Source: an uncultured bacterium (GTDB lineage Bacteria; Acidobacteriota; HRBIN11; JAKEFK01). From it: 64,000 bases of DNA. Below are positions 18,144 to 26,724 of this stretch, in pieces; the stretch's first letter is position 1; every line of letters starts with the position of its first letter. The DNA lies in NCBI GenBank assembly GCA_963843285.1, contig CAWJJO010000012.1, positions 140,399 through 204,398 of the forward strand, given 5' to 3'. The position numbers were made by a program, and so were the translations under genes. The notes below the pieces were generated by a model. It did no database searches. It saw nothing but the letters and a program-made list of their open reading frames with translations, and was not told the DNA's origin.

Positions 18144-19349
18144 TCAAAAACCGGAAGGAAGAGCCTGAACTTTCCTGGTGTACTGTCCCAAGAAAAGTAG
18201 AACCAGTAACCATACGAGAGTGTGCCCCAGGGTGAAAATGTATTGCCACGGTGACGGGAAATCGATCATTCGCGCAGGCAAAACCATAAAGATCAGAGTC
18301 AGGGCTAGTAGCACTCCCGCAATCGTATCATAGTCGTTTTCTGTTTCGGGTCCGGAAGCTATTCGAAAGAGGCAGATCATCGGCAATAGAATCAGTGTAT
18401 CGTCATACACGTTGTGGTAGGTCCAGAATCGCGCAACGATAGCCGTAACAGCTAAAAGCAGCCAAACGTCCTTTTTCCGATGGAGAAAGATCCAAATGCC
18501 CAAAATCAGCAAAGTGATTCCGGAGGCAGGAGCGAGCCATTGGTAAAGTCCCAGAGTTGCCAGCCAGCTGTGCAGATTGGCATAGCCTTGTAAGACAACC
18601 CACTCTTGACTGCGAGTCATCCAATCTCTCATTAAGGAAATAAGACCAACCGGCTGAAAGGACGCCGACATTAGAGTTAAGAAAACATATCCTGATACCA
18701 CCAGAACGGCTGGCCAAATTGACAATGGAAGAAAGACAACCAACCAAAAGAAGGGAGCCGTGACATTGGGTTTCACTAAAGTGATCAAAAACATTCCGGC
18801 TGCACGAAGATGATTTGACCAGGTTGGATCTTGCTTACCCAGGATGAGTGCAACTGTAATCAGTAGAGGAAGCAGATGGAGAATGAGTTGCCCATTCCCG
18901 ATCGCTACGCCGGCTGCGTTCATGGACAAAAACATCAATGTCACAAAGACACGTTCCAACGGAGTTTTTGCTTTGCTTTCTCGAATGATCAGACGGCAAA
19001 GCCACACCAGTACGGCAGTTGTGACCAGTGCCCAAAGATAACGCGCTGAAGGCAAGGATAGCCAGCCGACGAAGGGCCAAAAGATCAGGAAGCTGGCGGG
19101 CGGGAAAGTGCTTCTGAGATTCCCATAAACCGGATCACCGGCAAACCAATGTTGAACACGCCTGAGGAACAGTTTCAGATCAATGGCGCCTGTAGGACCC
19201 TGTTCCCAGACGAGTCGCCTGTATTCATCAGAAAGTTTTAGCGCCGCGAGAAGGGTTAACAAAACCACTGCAACAAGAAGAACTGGTCGCTTATAGCGAC
19301 ACCATAATTGGCGCAACATTACCCCTGAAATTCGCTCAAAAACGTTCAT
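18144..19349 (-). CDS. DUF2029/GT87-like polytopic membrane glycosyltransferase (paralogue 2)
   Basis: 401 aa. GAIDLK, FPPASF..WPFVGWL, IGNGQLILHLLP, LVKPNVTAPFFW, GYANLHSW, ARFWTYHNVYDD. Confidence 0.6.
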   Translation of the reverse strand: MNVFERISGVMLRQLWCRYKRPVLLVAVVLLTLLAALKLSDEYRRLVWEQGPTGAIDLKLFLRRVQHWFAGDPVYGNLRSTFPPASFLIFWPFVGWLSLPSARYLWALVTTAVLVWLCRLIIRESKAKTPLERVFVTLMFLSMNAAGVAIGNGQLILHLLPLLITVALILGKQDPTWSNHLRAAGMFLITLVKPNVTAPFFWLVVFLPLSIWPAVLVVSGYVFLTLMSASFQPVGLISLMRDWMTRSQEWVVLQGYANLHSWLATLGLYQWLAPASGITLLILGIWIFLHRKKDVWLLLAVTAIVARFWTYHNVYDDTLILLPMICLFRIASGPETENDYDTIAGVLLALTLIFMVLPARMIDFPSPWQYIFTLGHTLVWLLVLLFLGQYTRKVQALPSGF

Positions 19350-19523
19350 AGACGAAAGACCCGGGTGTCGCTATTCTGAACACCGTGATCTTCCTTAAGG
19401 TTTCTCTTTCCCTTGAGTGATCTATTATACAATGCGAGTTTTATGGTTGAAGGCAGCTCTTGCGATTGACTGCGCAAAGTATTCGGAAGAGTATAAGAAG
19501 TTATTTCTTGCGGTGCGGGTAAA

Positions 19524-20783
19524 ATGAACCATAGGCTGCTGAACAAGTTCCGATCCCTGCGAATCCTATGGGAGCGATATGGAAACCGGATTCTTCGTTT
19601 GGCAGTTGTGTTGCTTGCTACGGCAGCGGCATTCCGTTTGCTGCACGAATCCTTTCGACTGGTTTTGGGAGACCCGCAAATTAATGGTCCTAACGATCTG
19701 AGAAATTTTCAGAATGCCATGAAGGGGTTGTTTGCGGGCCAGCCGATTTACCGCGAGCTACGAACCTCCCCGTACCCTCCAGCCAGCTACGCGATCTTCT
19801 GGCCATTGTTGGGCTGGTTGGACTTGGCCCAAGCACGATTGCTTTGGACCGCCAGCCTCATAGCGGTTTTAGCATGGATCATCGTGCTTTTCATCCGGGA
19901 AAGCAGGGCGAATTCGTCCCTGGAGCGCATTCTGGTAGCACTCCTTCTCCTGTCCATGAACGGCACTGGAGTCACCATCGGAAACGGGCAACTGGGATTA
20001 CATATCCTTGCAGCATTGCTCACCGCCCTCCTGCTGATTCGACAAGAGAACCCTTCCATCCTGAAGCAAATTTTAGCGGCCTTGCTTCTGCTTCTTGCGT
20101 TAGCCAAACCTACGATTTCGGCTCCATTCGTATGGATGGTGATGTTCGCACCTCATGGGAAACGGATGCTTTTTCTGACGGGCATTGGCTATCTCCTAAT
20201 AAGCTGGATTGCCGTATCGTATCAGCAAGAGCCGGCAGTGTCTGTTTTTCAAAGCTGGTTTACCCGAGCTTCGACGGTCGCCCTCGAAAAAGGCTACGGA
20301 AATCTTCACGCCCTTCTTAGCTCAGTCCACCTGAATCAATGGATGACACCTGCCTCCCTTGTGGTTTTCGGCCTGCTTGGATTCTGGGTATATTTCCACC
20401 GGAGTGTGGATTCGTGGCTTGTGATCGGAATCACAGCTATCACCGCGCGATTCTGGGCATATCACAGGTACTATGATGATTTACTCATCATTTTGCCGAT
20501 GATCTGTCTTTTAAGAATTGCTAAGACTTCTGGATCTGAAAACGCACGCGGTTGGATTGCCGGAACTTTGCTGGCAACGATTTCGTTTCTGAATCTGGCC
20601 CGCCTTCACAACATTTCAGCAATACGTTTTGAGCTGATCACCACAGCAAACGTTACTTTGTGGCTGCTGACCATTGCATTTCTCCTATGCCTTGCCGGAC
20701 GGCAAAGAGAAGCCAGATTGGTTTCACCTCATGAAGACAATTCACGAGTCCATGCACCTCATGGCGATCATGATAGAGCGTAA
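19524..20783 (+). CDS. DUF2029/GT87-like polytopic membrane glycosyltransferase (paralogue 3)
   Basis: 419 aa. YPPASYAIFWPLLGWL, IGNGQLGLH, LAKPTISAPFVW, GYGNLHAL, ARFWAYHRYYDD. Divergent from paralogue 2 across a 174-bp gap. Confidence 0.6.
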   Translation: MNHRLLNKFRSLRILWERYGNRILRLAVVLLATAAAFRLLHESFRLVLGDPQINGPNDLRNFQNAMKGLFAGQPIYRELRTSPYPPASYAIFWPLLGWLDLAQARLLWTASLIAVLAWIIVLFIRESRANSSLERILVALLLLSMNGTGVTIGNGQLGLHILAALLTALLLIRQENPSILKQILAALLLLLALAKPTISAPFVWMVMFAPHGKRMLFLTGIGYLLISWIAVSYQQEPAVSVFQSWFTRASTVALEKGYGNLHALLSSVHLNQWMTPASLVVFGLLGFWVYFHRSVDSWLVIGITAITARFWAYHRYYDDLLIILPMICLLRIAKTSGSENARGWIAGTLLATISFLNLARLHNISAIRFELITTANVTLWLLTIAFLLCLAGRQREARLVSPHEDNSRVHAPHGDHDRA

Positions 20784-20804
20784 AAACAGTACAAGACTAT
20801 TGGT

Positions 20805-22334
20805 TCAGTCTTTTCTCAGATAATAAGAAAAGACACGGCCATCCCGCCGTTCATAGCTGTCGCGCACCCATTGCTCGATTTGGGCACCGTGATCCACAGC
20901 TCGTAACCGCGACAGCCCGATCACTTTTGGCCGTTCCGCCTTCAAGCGTTGGAACCAGCCGTCGAAGCCGCCAGGCTCGACGTGTTTCAGGTAGGTGTCT
21001 TTGCCGTGATCAAAGAGAATGTATTTGCTGGCATTCGTCAACCCGGAAAGTACGAGCAGCTCGGTCTGCCCATGCACAAATATCTGATCGCCTGCTTCGA
21101 GATGCGAAAGGATTTCTCTGACGTTTTCGTCCTGATCCTGCAGTGTCGGGAAACTGAGCTGAAGATGGAAGGAGTCAGCCACGCTCATAAAAAACACCAG
21201 CACCATCACCGCCGCAAATGCCAGTCCGGCAAAAGGACGATTGCCCGAACCAGTCAGCATAGGCTGGATGCGGCTTGCGGCTTGGTCCAATGCGAATACT
21301 ACCAAAACGGCAAAGAAGATCGCGACAAACGGCAGCAGCGGAATTATATCCGGCGCACCCTGCAAACTAACCATGCAGAAGGAAAAATAAAACAGCGGTG
21401 CAATCCATACCGCATGATCATAGGACCGTTCCAGAAAATGGTTTGTGCCGTGTTGCTTGAACAGCCGAAGTTCCCTGACCAGTACAACGGTTAGACCAAT
21501 CGTGGAGACATAAAAGTAAAACGTTTCCTCAGCGTATCCGTAATTGACCAGGCCGATGAAATGCTTTAGGAAATGACCCGGTGTATGGATTTCGCCCGGC
21601 CCGTAAACGGTCAAGGGATAGTGGAAGCTCCACAGGCAAAAGTCCCACATCGCGCCGGCGATCCAGAAATATAAAAGAAGAACTACGAGCGGAACCGACG
21701 CGCCGATCACTAACCGGATCATTTTCCTGTCGCGCCATCTTGTCAGATAACGGGAAAAAGCAAGCCCTGCGACGCCGGCAAACAAGAGCCCCGGCTGCCA
21801 ACTGAGAGCCGAAAACATGCTGAAAACCCCCGCGATAAGTGGCCTGTTATTGATTATCGCCCACAACACCACAAGCCCGAATAATATCATCGGGGTCTTC
21901 GGTTGAACGCCGCTACTGTTGAATGAGGCAAAGGAGTCGAACGTAAGCAGAATCAGCGCGGCAAGCAGTCCCGTGCGCCGGCTTCTAAAATAGTCATGAG
22001 CTACCAGGAATGTAAATCCGGCAGTGAGCATAGCAAGTAACAAGTAGACAACCCGAATGGCCAGGATGTCACGGACGCCGAACGGCTGGGCGATCTTGAT
22101 TGCCGCCGCCCCGATGTAGGCTGAGAGCGGACCCTTGATTTCGACAACGTCGCGATAAGGAACGCCGCCACGGGCGATCACCTGAGCGACATAATCCCAG
22201 ACCGACCAATCGCCTCGGGTGGGTTGCTTCCAGAATTGAAACTGGCAATAGATCACGCCGGCCAGTACGAGCGTGAGGACGAACAACCTGCGGCCGTCAA
22301 GCCACAACGACCGTTCAAGGGTTGCCAGACTCAT
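20805..22334 (-). CDS. GT-C fold membrane glycosyltransferase (ArnT/PMT-like)
   Basis: 509 aa. The first loop GDWSVWDYVAQVIARGGVPYRDVVEIKGPLSAYIG follows the D..Y..A..G..PY.D..KxPL pattern of ArnT/GT39/GT83 enzymes. About 11 TM segments plus a C-terminal soluble domain. Confidence 0.55.
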   Translation of the reverse strand: MSLATLERSLWLDGRRLFVLTLVLAGVIYCQFQFWKQPTRGDWSVWDYVAQVIARGGVPYRDVVEIKGPLSAYIGAAAIKIAQPFGVRDILAIRVVYLLLAMLTAGFTFLVAHDYFRSRRTGLLAALILLTFDSFASFNSSGVQPKTPMILFGLVVLWAIINNRPLIAGVFSMFSALSWQPGLLFAGVAGLAFSRYLTRWRDRKMIRLVIGASVPLVVLLLYFWIAGAMWDFCLWSFHYPLTVYGPGEIHTPGHFLKHFIGLVNYGYAEETFYFYVSTIGLTVVLVRELRLFKQHGTNHFLERSYDHAVWIAPLFYFSFCMVSLQGAPDIIPLLPFVAIFFAVLVVFALDQAASRIQPMLTGSGNRPFAGLAFAAVMVLVFFMSVADSFHLQLSFPTLQDQDENVREILSHLEAGDQIFVHGQTELLVLSGLTNASKYILFDHGKDTYLKHVEPGGFDGWFQRLKAERPKVIGLSRLRAVDHGAQIEQWVRDSYERRDGRVFSYYLRKD

Positions 22335-22347
22335 CCTTCGAAAGCGC

Positions 22348-24024
22348 TCATTTCTCCGGACCCAAGCGGTAAAGTTGCATCAGTCCATTGTTTGATCGGT
22401 AGATCAGTTTGTATTTCTCTCCAATCTGTTCGGAGATTGATTTCACACTGGTATCATCGTGAGACGTTTCCGGAAATTTCCAAACCAACACGTAATCGAT
22501 CTTTTCAGATGTCCTCTTTTCAAACGATTCAAGCTGAACACGCGGCGGAACCTCTTCGATTCCGCCAAGAAACCTGTAGGGATTTAGCTCCTCACGAAAT
22601 TGGACCGGAAAATAATTACGGTTTCCTTCGTAATTATCAAATACGACAACGCGCCTGTAAGCCGCAATGTAACCGGATGTATGCCGAAACACCTTCACTC
22701 TTGTGGACATCTTCCCGGCGACAGATACATTTGCATTAGGAGAAAAGCATAGTGGCAGTAGAGTTGTATTTGGTTCAATCAGATCCTTTCCCGAAAGAAA
22801 CTCCTGTATGGGTTCCTGGAGTGCCCGGTACGCGGCAAAGTGAGAAAGAAGAAAAAAAAGACTCACCAAAACTGCGATTGCTCGTATTCCATGGATGAAC
22901 CGTGCGGAGTATGTCTGGCTGCCGAACCAGAGAATGAGGGTCAGGAATAAGAATAATGCCATACGATCGTTGACAAAACCGCCTTCAGTTGTACGTCCAG
23001 GAAGATAAAAGTAAAGAAGGAGATAAAACAAAGAGAGAAGCAGAAGGCCGTCCCACCGATTCCAGTTTCGGTGTAAAAGTTTAAACAGAATATTGTTGAT
23101 TAGAATCGAAGTAAAGAGGAAAACTACACACAGTGAAAGCCAGATTTCTCGCTCCGTAAAAGAAACGAGTTGTTCCAGATGCCAGAGATTGTTCCACAGT
23201 ACGCCGACCGATTGCTTGCCCAATACCCTTTTCTCTGCAGACCAGTAGAACGCGCCAGCCAACAGAAGAGCAGGTACTAGACTAAAGAGCGGTAGTAAGA
23301 AGCGGAAGACCATTGGTTTTCCAATCACCACCCCATTCCAATTGCGATCCTTTGCCTGTGATAAGAGCTCGAGCCAGGTAAACCATGTCCCGAGAAAAAG
23401 GATCGTCAGGCATGCCAGAAGAAGAGAAAAGAGGTGGGAGAAGTAGAGGGCGACTGCCAGCGCAGCAAACACAGCTGCCCGTTTCACTCCGAAATTTTTG
23501 TGGTGCTTCATCCAGTAGGCAAGTAGGACGAAGTACAACACTATCGAATAGCAGAAATTGTAAAAGCCTTTATGCAGCAGGTAATTGTAAAGAAAAGGAA
23601 AGACAAGAATGGACAGAGGACGCGACTCCGGACGAATCTGTCCAATAGCGAATCGGACGGAGACCGGAAGCATTAGAAGATAGATTGAAAGGACGATTTT
23701 TTCGGCAGTGAGCGGAGATATCACATACAAGAGCCCGGCAAGAAAACAATGAGTGATCCAATTTGGCACAGGTCGCTCATTGATTCGGTAGTACTTTTGG
23801 AAAATTGAAGTACGCGGCTCGTGATACTCCCGAATAATAGCGGCATTTCCAACATGAGAAGGTCCATCTTGAGATGGAAAATATCGGACGCCCCAGATGG
23901 GAAGCACATGAAGAACTAGCAGGAAGAAAAAGAGTAATCGCTCGCGGTCTTTCCACCAGAAAATGCTTGTAGAGGACCTACTGAATATATCCAAGAGAGC
24001 GAAGCTGCCGTTCCAACTCTTCAT
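22348..24024 (-). CDS. Polytopic membrane protein of unknown function (possible GT-C-like or polymerase)
   Basis: 558 aa. YFPSQDGPSHVGNAAIIREY follows the first TM segment. About 11 TM segments plus a soluble tail of about 150 aa. The annotated start overlaps the upstream gene by 47 nt, so the true start is uncertain. Confidence 0.35.
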   Translation of the reverse strand: MKSWNGSFALLDIFSRSSTSIFWWKDRERLLFFFLLVLHVLPIWGVRYFPSQDGPSHVGNAAIIREYHEPRTSIFQKYYRINERPVPNWITHCFLAGLLYVISPLTAEKIVLSIYLLMLPVSVRFAIGQIRPESRPLSILVFPFLYNYLLHKGFYNFCYSIVLYFVLLAYWMKHHKNFGVKRAAVFAALAVALYFSHLFSLLLACLTILFLGTWFTWLELLSQAKDRNWNGVVIGKPMVFRFLLPLFSLVPALLLAGAFYWSAEKRVLGKQSVGVLWNNLWHLEQLVSFTEREIWLSLCVVFLFTSILINNILFKLLHRNWNRWDGLLLLSLFYLLLYFYLPGRTTEGGFVNDRMALFLFLTLILWFGSQTYSARFIHGIRAIAVLVSLFFLLSHFAAYRALQEPIQEFLSGKDLIEPNTTLLPLCFSPNANVSVAGKMSTRVKVFRHTSGYIAAYRRVVVFDNYEGNRNYFPVQFREELNPYRFLGGIEEVPPRVQLESFEKRTSEKIDYVLVWKFPETSHDDTSVKSISEQIGEKYKLIYRSNNGLMQLYRLGPEK

Positions 24025-25999
24025 TGATTTTGCTTGTGTCCATTTGAGTGCGAGGCAAAGCGCGATATTTTTGTCTTTTCTGATTGAGCCAGTCCAACAG
24101 GATCCTTTCGTGCGGTTCTATTTTATCTTTGTTTCCCCCATGCAGAAGATTCTTTTGTTCCTTGGGATCGTTCGAGAGATCATAGAGTTCCTTTTCAAAG
24201 GATTCCAGATTCGCAATGAACTTTAAGTTTCCTGATTGTACAGCATAAAGGTCATGCCGGAGGCTGGCAAAGAGACTTCTATTCGAATTCGCCCGGCCCG
24301 CCTGAAGTGAGGACAATAATTCCTGTCCATCACTTTCGATAGGAACCTTCAGGCCGACGTAGTTCAAGATGGTCGGCATGATATCCAGGATACTGGCTGG
24401 TGAATCTGATATCTTGCCCTTCTGGAACTCGGCACTGGCAGGGAATTTGATAATGAACGGCACGCGCAATACTTCATCATAAAGCGTTCTTCTATGCCCC
24501 TTTCCGCCATGTTCTAAAAATTCGTCTCCGTGATCTGCCGTAAAGATGATGAGAGAGTTATCAAAAACGTTTAACTCCTGAAGTGTTGCGATCAATTTAC
24601 CAATATAGAAGTCGGTGAAAGCGATTTCTCCATCGTACAACGCCATGATGTGAGAGAGGTCTCTCCACTTCATGCCTTTCTTAACTTCTGGATTCAGATT
24701 GAAATTGCGTCCGTCGATTGTCCCCTGATATGTCCGATCGAACATCTGGTCGTAAGGAGGAGGGGGAATATAGTCGTAATGAACGTCCCAGTAATGAAGA
24801 AAAAGAAAAAACCTTCTTTCGTGATTCTCCCTTAGCCATTTCCGGATTGAGGAAGTTAATGCAGGAGAGGTGATTCCGCCATGTGCGAGGTGATTGGATT
24901 CTGAGATTTTATTTGGATCAAAGTTGATGGTGTAGTCATCGTAATGATCGAAGCCCTGATTATACCCGTAATAGGAATAGAGAAACGGAGCAGACACAAA
25001 ACCAGCAGTGACGTATCCATTTTGCTGGAGAATTTCCGCCAGAGTGATTCTTTCAGGATCAAGCCGATCATGAATGCCGTAGACACCGAGCGCCTCGGGC
25101 GTTAATGATGTCAACATAGAAAGATGAGCCGGCAGAGTCCAGGAGGTTACGCTGAGGGCGCGAGTGAACAAAGTACCTTCGCGTGCGAGCAAATCTACGT
25201 TCGGACTGGTTTTTCTTCGATATCCATAGCAGCTGAGATGATCGGCCCTAAGACTGTCCATGGAAATGAGGATAATATTCGGGTCATTCGCGACATTACT
25301 TGCCTGAATTGATGGAGCAAATATTGCAGGTTGTTTCTCATGACGGCTTTTCAAATTCGGAATCCAAATGCCCTGCAAGCATGTCGCCAGGACGAACAAC
25401 GTTGCCCCGAGCAAAGCACTTTTTCGCCTCAGTTGTGCTGGAAAGCTCTCAAGAAGCCGGGAGCTTATAGCGAAAAAGGATCCCGCCAGCAGCACAGAAG
25501 CCAGGATCAGACCACAGCATGCAAAGACCTGAAACAGAACAGAAATAGTTAGAAGATGTTTTTGGAAGACAGAAACAAGCAAATTCAGGAAACAGGCAAT
25601 ACCAAAGGCAACACTGAGATGGATCAGAAGCAGATTCCTTTTCTCATCATTTATCCTTGGGGAGCGGAAGAGAAGCCAGAGAGCACAACCCTGGAAAGCA
25701 CCGATCGAAATGCCAATCAGAGAATAAATCGAGGCAAGTTTTATCAGCAAAGGAAATTTGTTGAGCAAGCCAGGACCTAAATATTCGTTCAGAACCAGTG
25801 CAAGGGAAGTTGTTTTTCCAATGTGAAGGATCCATTCAAGAAGGGCAAAGACTTTAAAACGATAAATCAGGTCTATTGGACGAAAGATTTGATCTTTGTA
25901 AATGAATAAAACAAGGAACCATTCGCTGGTTGCCTGGAAAATTGCAAAAACAACGCAACTCACGAAGGCAAATTTCATATGATTCTTGAAGTGGATCAT
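23978..25999 (-). CDS. Multi-TM N-terminal domain fused to a sulfatase-fold (alkaline phosphatase superfamily) domain with a Thr nucleophile motif. Predicted phospho-transferase or hydrolase rather than sulfatase.
   Basis: 673 aa. About 6 TM segments lie in the first roughly 230 aa. Then come IILISMDSLRADHL (metal-ligand Asp), TSWTLPAHLSMLTS (T-x-P-x-H at the C/S-x-P-x-R position), FTADHGDEFLEHG and LYDLSNDPKEQKNLL. The C-terminus is LRSLGYIQ. Confidence 0.7.
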   Translation of the reverse strand: MIHFKNHMKFAFVSCVVFAIFQATSEWFLVLFIYKDQIFRPIDLIYRFKVFALLEWILHIGKTTSLALVLNEYLGPGLLNKFPLLIKLASIYSLIGISIGAFQGCALWLLFRSPRINDEKRNLLLIHLSVAFGIACFLNLLVSVFQKHLLTISVLFQVFACCGLILASVLLAGSFFAISSRLLESFPAQLRRKSALLGATLFVLATCLQGIWIPNLKSRHEKQPAIFAPSIQASNVANDPNIILISMDSLRADHLSCYGYRRKTSPNVDLLAREGTLFTRALSVTSWTLPAHLSMLTSLTPEALGVYGIHDRLDPERITLAEILQQNGYVTAGFVSAPFLYSYYGYNQGFDHYDDYTINFDPNKISESNHLAHGGITSPALTSSIRKWLRENHERRFFLFLHYWDVHYDYIPPPPYDQMFDRTYQGTIDGRNFNLNPEVKKGMKWRDLSHIMALYDGEIAFTDFYIGKLIATLQELNVFDNSLIIFTADHGDEFLEHGGKGHRRTLYDEVLRVPFIIKFPASAEFQKGKISDSPASILDIMPTILNYVGLKVPIESDGQELLSSLQAGRANSNRSLFASLRHDLYAVQSGNLKFIANLESFEKELYDLSNDPKEQKNLLHGGNKDKIEPHERILLDWLNQKRQKYRALPRTQMDTSKINEELERQLRSLGYIQ

Positions 26000-26139
26000 C
26001 TTTCGAGTGAATTTTCTGAGCTAATTCTACAGTACCATTCTCTATAAAAAAGCAGCGATAGTATAAGCCGATTATCTCTTTGTTCGCGATGTCGGGTCCA
26101 TGCAGTTAAACTGAAACGGAAGTGAGAGGCTGAACGCAA

Positions 26140-26711
26140 AGAGTATCATTCGCGCCGGCAAGATCATAAAGAACAGAGTCAGAGCCAGTCAAACTCCCGC
26201 GGAGCCCTCCAAAACAACCCACTCTCCACTGCGAGCCAGCCAATCTCTCATTAAAGAGAGGAGGCCAACCGTTTGAAATGATGCTGATATAAGGCTCAAG
26301 GCAATATATCCTGTTACCACCAGAACGGCAGGCCAGACCGATCCTGGAAGAAAGAGAACCAGCCAGAAAAACGGAGCCGTGACATTGGGTTTCACCAGCG
26401 CGATCAAAAAAATGCCGGCTGCGAGAAAATGATTCGACCATGTTGGCGGATCTTTTTTAGTTAAGATGAGTGCAACTGAAATCAGTAGAGGAAGCAGATG
26501 GAGAATCAATTGCCCATTTCCGATTGCTACACGGGCTGCATTCATAGATAAGAGCATCAATGTCGCAAAGATCCGTTCCAGCGGAGTTCGTGCTTTGCTT
26601 TCCCGCATGATCAGACGGCAGAGCCAGATCATCACGACAATTGTGGTGAGTGCCCAGAGATAACGCGCTGAAGACAAAGATAGCCAGCCGACAAAGGGGC
26701 CAGAAGATCAG
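26140..26711 (-). pseudogene. Decayed DUF2029/GT87-like paralogue: N-terminally truncated, one frameshift, internal deletion of about 260 bp
   Basis: ORF 26189-26677 (SSARYLWAL...LVKPNVTAPFFW...MRDWLARSGEWVVL) aligns by eye with residues of 18144-19349. Upstream homology continues to about 26711 with an extra C that shifts the frame (ctggcccctttgtcgg versus ctggcccttcgtcgg). Downstream, EWVVLEG joins directly to the LALTLFFMILPARMI tail region. Confidence 0.75.
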
Positions 26712-26724
26712 GTCGCAGCGAAGT

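Noticed and set aside
26650-26724. Longest-ORF N-terminal extension of the 26725-28557 gene
   Set aside because: The extension overlaps the GT87-like pseudogene remnant and is Arg/Lys-rich with no signal character. The signal-like segment begins after the ATGs at 26725 and 26749.
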